From the NCBI RefSeq assembly GCF_036321535.1, contig NC_087447.1:42658001-42718000 (forward strand): DNA of 60,000 bases, given 5' to 3'. The DNA is from Camelus dromedarius (Eukaryota). Both the position numbers and the translations under genes were made by a program. Shown here in pieces: positions 23,979 to 34,700 of the stretch; the stretch's first letter is position 1; every line of letters begins with the position of its first letter. Below the pieces are notes generated by a model. That model was not told where the DNA came from, ran no database searches, and saw only the letters and a program-made list of their open reading frames with translations.

Positions 23979-26900
23979 ATGGAATCCTCCGCAGGGCCTG
24001 GGATGCCTTTGCCCAAATACTGCAGTGTGGCCGCAACCCTGAAGTCTCCTGCCTGGGCTGGCGCTGCTCCTCCCTGGGACCTCTCCTTCACCTGCCCCCT
24101 CACTCTCCGAGCACCCTGGCTCCCCAAGCATGGCCCCCTCACCAGGTACTGATTTCTGCTTCCCGGGAAGGAAGTGGTGTGCACCTTCCTTTCTCCCCTC
24201 TGTTCTTGGCTCTCTCCCAGGAGGGAGAGGATTTGCTGAAAGGGTTTTTTACCACGTGGGCTATGATTTGCTGGGGATATTATATTAACCTGGTCTTAAC
24301 TGTGCTCCCAGCGACATCAAGGGTTGACCTGGCTTTCGTCCCACCCTGTAGCCAAGTGGCAGATGTCAGAGTTGGCATGTGTGAGAGAAGGCAGTCAGAC
24401 ATTAGCAGTTATAAAACTTCTAGCTCATCTTACCATCAGCTAAGAGACTTGCCTAGGCGCCATGTGAGAAATTAGGGCTTCTACCACCAGCTGCTAAGGT
24501 GAGGTCTCCAGATCCCTCCTTGAGTTCCCCCAGTTATCCTGGCTTTTCGTGAATGGTATCCTTAGCTGGCTCTCTATGGCGTGAATACACGAGGGGAAAG
24601 GAACCTCAGCCTATGAGCACATACAGGCTGTGCAGGTCCCAGGGGTTCTTGTTCATGCTGCTCAGCTCAGCCTGCCCAGGTGAGGGGAGTACCAGCCTGG
24701 ACCCTGTAACCCCCTTTCTTGATTCACCTCTGTGGACCAGCTCATTCAAAGCCAGAGTTGAGCATCCCTGTATCCTGGCTTGCCCACAAGATAAACAGTT
24801 TTTTCAGAAACCCAAACCCTGACTCAACAATTCCCTCTGCCTCGGTGCTGTCCACACACTTTCCCAGAGCTAGCTTGTCCCTTTTTTCTGTCCCGCAGCC
24901 TCTTCGTCAGCTCCTCTGTGCTTCCCCTGCTCAAACACTTCCTCTTTCCTTCTGACCCCACAGCACTCAGCCTGCTTGGCATCACCATCCCAGCCTCCAC
25001 GCCTCATCCTGGAATCCCATACACTGCCGTAGGACTTACCTTCCCGGAACTCTCCCCTGGCCGGCTGTCTAGTCTCAGAACCAGCACTAATTAACCCGGA
25101 AATATCAAGGCTAACCCCATTCCGAAGACCTTGAAACAATTCCCAATCCTCAAACCACGGTTCCCTTCTCTCTCTTCTCCTTCCGCCCCTTCCAACAGTT
25201 TACCTTATCTTACCAGAAGCCACAGATTGCCACTTTTTACATGAATTTCTGTTCCACATCGCCTTATCTGTCATGCATACTGTGGTCTAACCACAGAACG
25301 TGTTTCTTAATGGTTGTAGGGCTTGGTCTTCTCCACTCCCTAATTCCATCTGCTTTTTTCCCAGATATGCATCTTATCACCCGTGTCTCCACATTGCTGA
25401 CCCAGCATGGCAGAGGCCTGGCTGGCTGGGAAGAGTTGGAGGTGCTGCTGACACATGGATCCTGGCAAGAAGGGAACCAGATGGCTTTTATTACAGGGCT
25501 CAGATAAAGGCTGCTCCAGAGGCAAGTCCCTGACTCCCCACATCTCCCCGCGTGCTCCTCTGGGTGGCCCTGTCACACCTGATAGGCCTCAGCTGTGCAT
25601 GGCTGTAGATGGGAAAAGGTAATGTCAGTGAGTGGATTAATTCGCCCCAGCTGGGTAACAGAAGGGCACAAATTAAGTGCCTTAAACAACAGAAACTTGT
25701 TGTCTCTCGGTTTTGGAGACTGGAACCGAGGTGTTGGCAGAGGTGGTGATTCTGAGGGCCATGAGGGAGGACCTGTTCCATGCGCCTTTGCTACCTCCTG
25801 GTGGTTTGCTGGCGGTCTGCGGTGCTCTTTGGCTTGTAGAAGCATCCCCTGATCTCTGCCTTCGCTTTCATGTGCTGCTGTCCCTGGCACATGTCAGTGT
25901 TCAAGTTTCCCCTTTTTATAAGGACACCAGTCACTGAATTAGGGTCCCACCCTATTCAGCTGTACTCAGTATGACCTCGACTTAATTACATCTGCCATGA
26001 CCCTGTTCCCAAATAAAGTCACATTCTGAGGTACTAGGGGCTAGAATATCAACATATGAATTTTGAGGGGGACACAATTCAACCTGTAACAGTGAAGAAA
26101 ATGTACAGTAAAAGCACATTGTTCAGGGAAATTCAGTGTGTTGAATTACGGGCACCAGTCTAAGGGAAAGAAGAACAGAACATGTGTACCCTCGTGCACT
26201 CCTGTGTCCCTACGCACAGGAGCATGGTCCCCATATGCTGGGGCCAGGCTCTGGCTTTCCTTTGGTGGCTGCTTGCCTCTTTAGGATTTTTCTCTTTTCA
26301 GAGTCAGACTCTGTGAATGTGGCTCCATGGAGGGAAAACTAGTGTGAATTCTAATATATATATAAATTATAGAATTTCTAATCAAGTCATGTTGTCATTT
26401 TCAAGTAAGTATTATGTGATTTCAAATGAAATATTAGCAGAGTTTTGCTCAAATATAGATTCTGTCTAGTGATGTGATAAAATTTCATTTGTAACTGATA
26501 CAGGAAAAGGGGCGCCAGAGAGATGATACAGGAAAAATGAATGTGGGGCGAGAGGAGGGCCATGTCCCTGGTCTCAATTCAGCCCTTGGGACGTGCCCCG
26601 CCAAGTGTGGGTCCTTGGCTTCACAGAGGAAGGAATTCAAAAGTGAGCCGTGGTTGAGTTGATTTATTTGGAGAGATACATACTACATAGAGCTCAGTCT
26701 GTTTCAGAAGGCAAGAGAAAGGCATTGAGATATGGGGGTTGAGAGCTCAGGTTAAAGTAAAAGTAGGCACACACTCCACAGACAGAGCGGGCCGACTCAA
26801 GATGAGGGAGTGAGAGAGGCGGCCACGAGGTGCCTTGTTGCCAGTTTTTATGGGCTTCACATGCCATTAAGTGGGAGGACCATTCCAGCTACCCTGGGGA

Positions 26901-29900
26901 AGGGGCTGGGATTCCCAGGAATTGGGCCACCGCCCACTCTTTAACCTTTTGTGGTTAGCCTTGGGACTGTCATGGCACCTGTGGGCATGTTATTTACCAT
27001 GCTAATATGTTACAATGAGCATATAATGAAGCTCAAGGTCTATTGGAAGTCAAACCTCCTGCCATCTTGAACCTCAAGGCCTAGTGGGAGTTGAATCTTC
27101 CACCATTCTGCTGTTAATTGCTGTATTACTCCTTGAAAGGCTGTGCCCTGCCCCCTTCCCTCCTGTCTCATAACCAGACTTTCTTCAGAATCACACTGAG
27201 TTGTCAGAAGAGCATGTTCTTCTAATTAGCTTAGTGCCTCTCCTGCCCGCTCTGTTACGCTGTTCATTTGCTTCCTTTGCTCAGCATCTCCCTGTGGATG
27301 GAAAGGCACTGCATGAGCACCCCAGCCCTGGCTGGTCAGACACAGGGTCAGCACCTTCTGCGAGTGCAGGGAGGAGGGGTAGTGCTTTGGGGAAAGATCC
27401 AGAGGACCCAGGTTACTCTGGGAATTGCAAGCCAAAAATACAGAAGGGAGAAAAGAAAAACAGGAAAAGGAAGAGAACGAAAGGGAAGGGGAAGGCAGGA
27501 AGTAATAAACAGGAGTCGCCCAGAGCAAGAAGCAGAGGGACGAGCATCCGCCTCATAGCTGGCGGGTCTCTGCGGTAATCGGCTCTGAGCGGCCCCTGTC
27601 GCTGCCCCTCCTCTCTCTGGTCCTCACTGTGCTGGAGGAAGACCCCAGGCCTGGCGCAGGGGCATTGGAGGGAACTGCGGTGCACCCCGAAGCACTTCCT
27701 TAGGCCAGATCTTATTCTGAGTGGTTTCTCTCCCACAGCTGGAGAGGCAGGGGGCCCTGCTGGTGGAATTTGAGGCTCCCCTTGTCACAGGCCCAGAGCA
27801 GCCAGCCCAGCGGCAGAACGTGGTCTTAAAGGAAGATGTTATTCAGTTCTCACCATCCTTGGAATACTCCCTGAGACCTGGGGACAAGGTGCTGGCACTC
27901 TGGGGGCCAGACCCACAGTGGTATGGCCCTGGCACTGTTATCTTGGGCTTGGAGGCGACAGACCCCCAGAGAGGTAAGGGAAGCTGCCCTGACTTCCCAG
28001 TCCCCCTGCCAGGCTGGTGATCAGGCCGAGGAGAGAGCAAAGGGTGTCTCTACAGCTTAGGGGTCTTAGAGGCTTAAAAGGATCCTTACCCCGTTACTTG
28101 CAGCTTCATCCTGAGGGTGGCCACAGATGTGCAAATCATCAGATTACTTTCAGATTATAAAATATTTTTAATCAGTGCAAAATAGCCTAAGGCTATTATG
28201 CCTATGTCATTTAGCTAATCTGTTGTGTGGTGGGGTTATCCTGGGATCTCACCAGTACACATAACTTGCCCGCCACCAAGTCCAGGGACTGAGACAGGAG
28301 CAGGGCCCACCAGTCAGCATCCCTGTAAATCAGAGAATGGCAGGAGGCTTCTCCTTCCCTTCCCCTACCTGAGGATGCATTTTAGTCTTGACACGAGAAC
28401 TGAGATGTGGAGGCGTGTGCAAGTGCACCAGGAAGGGCTGGTAAACACGGAGCGGGTGAGGGATGTCCCTGGCAGGCTCTCCAGGGAGGGGTGCACGTGA
28501 CAAGACAGGTGGAACAGAGGGGCTGCCCTGAGGCTTTGCTTCTGGGAGAGGAGAATCCTTCTCCCACGATACAAAGGACGGGGTTGTAACAAAATGTTGC
28601 CCTTTTCTGTTATGTAGCATCAAAAGAAATTACTGTTTACTTCTGGAATGGCAAGATAGCCACAGTGCCCTTAGGAGGGGTCACGTGGGTGCCCCCGGCT
28701 GTCTGGAAGAAGGCTGTGGACAGGCTGCAAGCGTCTTTCACCTGGGAGCGCCCCAGCCCCCTCCTCTGGGCCCCTCGCTGCTCTCTGGTGGGGCCGGTTG
28801 CTGGATGTGTCACCAACGGGCTTCCTCTGAGCACTCTGCTCCTGTGCCCCGCCTGCCAGCTGTGTGCCTGCTGCCAGCTGCCGTGCCAGGGCTGCCTCTG
28901 CTGCTGCCCCTTGGCTGGACCCACCTGGTGGCCTCTCGCCAGGACCTCAGGGGCCACAGCCAGAGAACATCCTGAGGTGGGGCTGAAGCCCACCACCCAG
29001 CCCATGCCCCTGGAGGACCCAGAGGAGGAAGGAGGAGCAGTGCAGGTGCCCATGGCTGCTTCTTCCTCCTCTACTTCCTCTTCGTCCGAAGAGGAGGACA
29101 CAGAGAATGGACTGGAGACGGGCCTCCCCCGGAGGCTGACGGTGGACAGCACGGTCAACACAGACCCCATCCTTCATGAGAAGTCTCCGAGGAGGCAGGG
29201 TGGCCTCTGCCGGCCTGAGTGGAGGTACTGGAGGAGAAACGGGGCTGAGCCGCATCCTGGGAAGCCAGGTAGACCTTTTGCTAAGGCAGGGCTGAGGCCC
29301 CTGCCCCCTTCCCTCCCGTGTGTCTCTCAGGAACCCGATGTACATGTCCACTCTGCTGGGATTGAAAGCAACACTTGAGGGTTTGTCATGTTGAAGGGGA
29401 GACTGCGAGTAAGAGGGAGGGGTAGGTTTCACTTATGCAATAAGGCCCAACAAGAAAGGATGGGCTGATCTTTGTGCAAAGGTTTGCATCCCTAGTTAAC
29501 AACTGTCTTCTTTCTTCACTAGTCTCTACTGACAGGACACTGCCTTTGTTTGTTTCTGCCCTCCCCTCCCTCTTTTCTCTTAGAGGCCTTGATTTTTCTC
29601 TAGATGTACAGTCAAAATGCCTCCAGGTGCTGATTAGCGACTTCAGTGCTCTGAGAAGCTCGGAATCTGGTCTTGAAACACGGGTCCTCAGATCCTTCTC
29701 TCCAGATATGCCCCTTAGGGAGTTGGGGGGCAGAACCAGGCACTGCCTTACGCTGCTCACTGTCCACAACCGAGAGGGGAGGCAGCATCACTGTCGGGGG
29801 CGATCTGCAGACATCCCCAACCGTCTTCACCTGAGCAAAGAGCCCTCACAGGTTTCGGGCAGTATATCACTAATATGCCTTGTGCTGTCCCATCTACAGT

Positions 29901-30617
29901 CCCAGTGGGGCCCAGAAAAAGCAGATGCCCAAGTCAGCTGGCAGAGCTTTGTGGAGGAAGTGGCTTGGAGAAGCCAGCCCTAGACTAGATTCCTGGGGCC
30001 CTGGGGTGACTCATTTAATGTTCAGCTCAGCTTTTCTTTTCTCTCCTCCAGATTTTGTCCCCTTTGAAGGAAACATGCTGCTTTGCTTCTAATTGTGCTT
30101 GACAGCCATCAAGTACTGACGTTTCACAGTCTGGGCTCAGGCTCTCCCTCTTAAGAATCCTCATGTGTGGGCCCTCTGCCCTCCACAGGTTTTGCTACTT
30201 TTAGTTACAGGTAGCGGGGTTACTGTCTGATCCTAACCTAACCATCCCGGGGAGACCACCAGTCATGCCAGCAGTCAGGCTGCTCGCCTTCCCCGCTTCT
30301 AACTGAAACAGGCTGCAGACAGTGAAGAGCTTCTGTGATCCTTGCATAGTCCTACTCAAGTCAACAAGACCAATCCCAGCAACATGGTGGCACGTTCGAC
30401 TAACTGAATTCTGGGTTTAGGAACAAGACTTTGCAATATCCGGAAAGAAGAGAAGGGTGATAAACACAGAGTGAAAAGTGCAGCAGCGGGGAGTACCCGG
30501 GAGCTGGTCCTGGAAGCGGCTGGCATGAAGCCACTCTCCATCCGGCCAAAGGGAGCTGAACACAAAAAGCTGAGTCGAGGCGCTGTGACATGTCAGAGCG
30601 ACGGGAACGCCCCTTAG
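23979..30617 (+). CDS. C11orf16: C11orf16 orthologue (uncharacterised, DUF4537-type); join(23979..24145,25365..25521,27739..27973,28618..29268,30421..30617), 468 aa
   Basis: Phases are consistent and the total is 1407 nt. MESSAGPGMPLPKYCSVA...WILARREPDGFYYRAQIKAAPE/LERQGALLVEFEAP...LRPGDKVLALW...EITVYFWNGK...PEWRYWRRNG...GNAP*. The second coding exon ends at a GC donor. Confidence 0.92.
25640..26091 (-). mobile_element. MLT1C-like MaLR solo LTR
   Basis: Typical text ccttaaacaacagaaa...ttataaggacaccagtca...aattacatctgc...ccaaataaagtcacattctgaggtact...gggacacaattcaacc. Confidence 0.8.
26496..27170 (-). mobile_element. ERV1-type LTR with 4-bp TSD (TAAC)
   Basis: TG...CA termini with imperfect inverted repeats TGATACAGGA / TCCTGTCTCA; TAAC at 26492-26495 and 27171-27174; minus-strand AATAAA near 26663. 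Confidence 0.8.
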
Positions 30618-31148
30618 AGTAAAAGCCCTGAGGATAGAGGTAAAGCAGAACGGCTGGGAAGGGGCTTCTGAAGGACTCCTTCCGTGGGTCTCTGACCTTT
30701 TGGGGTCACACCCCTTCTGAGAATAAGACCCATGGACCCTCTTCCCAGAAAAATGCATACGACCACAACTTTGCACACAGCTTCAGAAAACTTACAGAAC
30801 CCACAAAGTTCACCATCGGCTTCTTGGGGGTGCAAGGATCCCCATCTGAGCAACCTCTCTACCCTGTGGTGATGGCATGGGCCTGCTTTAATAGGCCCTC
30901 TGTACCTCACTGGGGATGATAATGCAGCTCTACGTAAAACTTGTTTTCATCACTTAAAATACTGGCCTTTTTTCTCAGGAAAGTCATTCAAATGAGAAGA
31001 ATCATTAGGCAACTAAACTGAGATGCAACAATACTGTTGGAGTGGTAGCTTAAAGACACTTAGGACCTATCAATGACTTTTTCAAATCAGTGACTTTGAT
31101 CCTTAGAATTAGTCAGCCTAAGCCTCTCAGGGTTTTCTTCTCTTACAG

Positions 31149-31490
31149 GAAGCTAGAGTGGTGGTGGTAAACACCTGAGGAAGAGTTGCAAAGTGGCCGA
31201 CAGGGCCTTCTGCAGTGGAAACGGGAGAGTGCAGGCCATAGACGGTGGTCCAGCGAGCAGCATCTTCACCCCATGAAGATGTCCCTGCACGTGAGCAGCA
31301 GGAAGGCGCCTGTCCTAAGGGGCAAGGCCCCCTGCCAGGGGCCTGGTGAGATCTGCTCGAGGATGCCTCTTCCACAGACGCCGCACAGCATGGTCAGCCT
31401 GCTTTGCACACACGTGTCCACAGCCTCAGTTGTACACAAGTGACATTTTGTTTCACTCAATGCCAATAAAAAGGAATTCTCTTCATTTCC
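31149..31490 (+). other. C11orf16: C11orf16 non-coding terminal exon with poly(A) signal AATAAA at 31465
   Basis: Donor GAG|gtaaag at 30639/30640, 22 nt after the stop; pyrimidine-rich acceptor ttttcttctcttacag| at 31148. Confidence 0.65.
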
Positions 31491-31501
31491 AAATCTCTCC
31501 C

Positions 31502-31507
31502 TTTATT
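31502..31507 (-). terminator. AKIP1: AKIP1 poly(A) signal (AATAAA on the minus strand)
   Basis: tttatt on + about 270 nt past the AKIP1 stop codon. Confidence 0.6.
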
Positions 31508-31776
31508 ATCATAATCAACCTTTACTTGGAGTAAAGCAAGCAGTAAAAATTATTCATGCAGCATCATTACATTATTACTTTCAGGTAAAAGAGGATGGGG
31601 GACTTTTAAGTTAAAATAGGCACTGAAAGAGACAAACTCTAGTTCCCAGGAAGGCTGACCGTCTACAGTCAGCACTATAAGCAGGATTAACGTGTAAGTA
31701 TTAAGAGAACATATGGTGGCTTTGTTCTTCTTGGCACTTAAAAAAAAAGGTGACGAGATGCCTGTGATGATCAACA

Positions 31777-34700
31777 TCATACAGGGAAGACCAAGTCCAC
31801 ACTTTGTCCTGAGTCAACTGCTACCACGTGAGTCTTCTTAGTCAAGTCATTTGTACCCACAGTGACGGAGTAGGTCCCTGGATACACTTCTATGTAGAGG
31901 TCCTTAGAGATGTTCTCAGCCTGAAAGGAAAGGCAGATATTAGCAGTTTAGAGATTTTATGTCCCATTGCCTCTACCCAGCTACCTCTGTGTGCCAGACG
32001 TGCGAAGGAGTGAGGCACTAACGTGGGAGACGGAGGCCCTGCTTTCAAGAAGGGTGCGGCGTGGCCACATAACAGGACTGCCATTTAGGTAAGTCTGTCT
32101 TTCCTTATGCTTGTTTCCTTAGTTCTAAAACTAAATCACAATTAAGTGTATGTGTGAAAACGCTGAAGTGTCATAGGAACATGAAGGATCATAAAAGGAA
32201 CACTCTGGTTGGGGTAGAAAGATAAGAATCAGGTAGAGGGAAAGGCTAATGATCATTACTTAGGGGCTCAGCAGTAGGCAGTGGGACTTGTTAGCACAGG
32301 TCAGCAGTCATGGCCAGGCACCATGGAGTAACGAGAAGCATCGTTTTTAACTGTGCTTGGCTAAATTCATTATTAGGAGGATGAAACACTTCTTTTCTCC
32401 TGAAGCTGAGAACACTGTGAGGAGATGCCACTTTGACATGCTGCAGGTTAGCCGGCTGGCTAAAGCTCTCCCTTGGAGGATTGGTTCTCCTACATAGATG
32501 GTCCCCAACAGGCCAACTTACAGGTTTCAATTTTACAGTGGTGTGAAAGTGACATGAGTTTGGTAGAAACCGTACTTCGAATTCTGAAGTTTTCCTAGGC
32601 TACTGATAAGCAGTACGACACTCTATTGTGATCTCAGGCAGCAGCAGTGGGCCCCGGTGTCCCAGCCAGCCACGCGATCACCAGATCAAACGACTCATAC
32701 ACTTATAACCATTCTGTACCCAGACAACCACTCTGTTCTCCCTTTCAGTACAGCATTCAATAAATTACACAAACTATTCAAAACTTTACTACAAATAGGC
32801 TCTGTGTTAGATGCTTTTGCCCAACTGTCAGCTAATGTAAGTGTTCTGAGCATGTTTAAAGTGGGCTAGGCTAAGCTCTGATGTTCGGGAGGTTAGGTAT
32901 ACTAAATGCATTTTTGATTTATGGTATTTTCAACTTATGATAGGTTTATCGGGACATAAGTCAAAGAAGATCTCTGGTGCAAAACACTGGAAGCTGGAGT
33001 TAATGAAAAGATTTATATTTAGAGCTGAGCTGAGCACAAGCCAACCTCCAGGGACAGACTTCACGCCTGGCCGGGAAGTGGGTCACGGCAGACATACAGG
33101 CGGAGGAGAGGTCTCAGCTCAAATGGCAAAAGACCAAAGTCACAAACCAGAAAAGAGCCTGTAATTAAGAGCCAAACTCCTGTCCCACAGGTGGGAGACC
33201 ACTACCTGCCTACTCGACGCTCAGAAGGAGCCACAGGCAGAAGCTGTCATATCGACACCACACATGGGGGAAAACCAAACACCTGGCCAGCAAATTCCAC
33301 TAAGAGAAATAAAAGGTAATATTTATACTTTTATGAAACTTCCTCCCTTTCCACCTTGCAAACAGTTTTGAAGCCAAGTTTTTCCGAAGCTGCTCTATCT
33401 ATATCCTCTCATGCCCAGTTACTGCAGAATTGGAGGTTTATTATCTTGTAAACGACGTGAATGTGAACGGTGGCGCCACCACTATTCACTGGTCATTAGC
33501 TATGTGAATAAACAAAAGTGGGTTTCAGAAAATGCAGCTGTATCAGAGCTGCAGAAAAGGGGCAAGATTGGCGCCTGTGATTCCAACACCCTGAACATCA
33601 GGAGCATGAGCATTACCAAAACCCAGCAAATGGTGGAGGCATCTCCACATAACAACTTGTCCTAGAAGCAGAGTATTCTTAGTTGCTACTAACTCTAGTG
33701 TATTCTGAACCCTGGCTAGCTGCACATCATATACAAACAAAAACTAAGCAGACGACTGCAGCAACACCCTGGAGATCCATTCCTCAGAATTCCAGCCCTT
33801 CCAAGTGCCAAAAGATTCCTTGGGTTCATGAACTGATGAGTACTTTATCCTAAAAATGAAAAACTCATCACTGTATGTTTTTACAGAGAAACATTTGTGG
33901 AAAACAGGAACAAATCCCTTCAAATGTTTTGGAACCCGATCTAACCAAATGTATACGTTTCAGAATTTCGGCGACAGTTTTCACTTTTTACGCCCCTCCT
34001 GCTGCTTGAACAGATGGAGGAATTCCAGCGGGACGCAGCGCCAGCCCAGCTGAGCTGTAGCAACTGAGATATGAATACTTCACATTCTTTCCAACCGCAA
34101 CTATGAGTTCAGGCACAGAGAGAATCCCTGAAATTTCAAGTGAAGGAAGGATACCAAGAAAACATTATTTTACACTGAACTAAAATGTTGTGCCCTTTCC
34201 CCAAGGGTAAAAACATCCCATCTTAAAAATATTACAAGTCCAGTACACAGAACCTGATAACAAGCAGTGGGGGTGAAGCCCAGGACCCTAGACGCTCTGC
34301 ACTCACAGGCCGGGGCGCCTCCAGAGCACAGTCCGACGCCAGGCAGATGCCTCCGACCCCGCGGGACGCGTCTTTTCTCTGAAGAGAGAGATAGAAACAC
34401 TGATGAGGGCGGGCCTGAGCTTTGTCTTCTGGATGGTAAAGAGACATCTTCTCCTACTTAATTAAGAACTAACAACTGCTCTATCAGTTTTTTCCAAGTT
34501 GCCACCTAAATTCTTAAGGTTTTTAGTGAATTGTGTCAAGTATTTTTAGTTAGATGTTTACCATGATTCCCTTTTATCCTTACCTGGCCGTTAGAGTCAG
34601 ACAGACGTGAGTTTGAATCCTATCTCTGCCATTTACTGAAAAGGACAGATTAATTTCTCTAAGCCTTGGTTTTCTGGTCTCTAACCTGGGGATACTAGCC

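Noticed and set aside
28637..29432. Antisense and alternative-frame ORFs over the large C11orf16 exon
   Set aside because: Shadows of a GC-rich coding exon.
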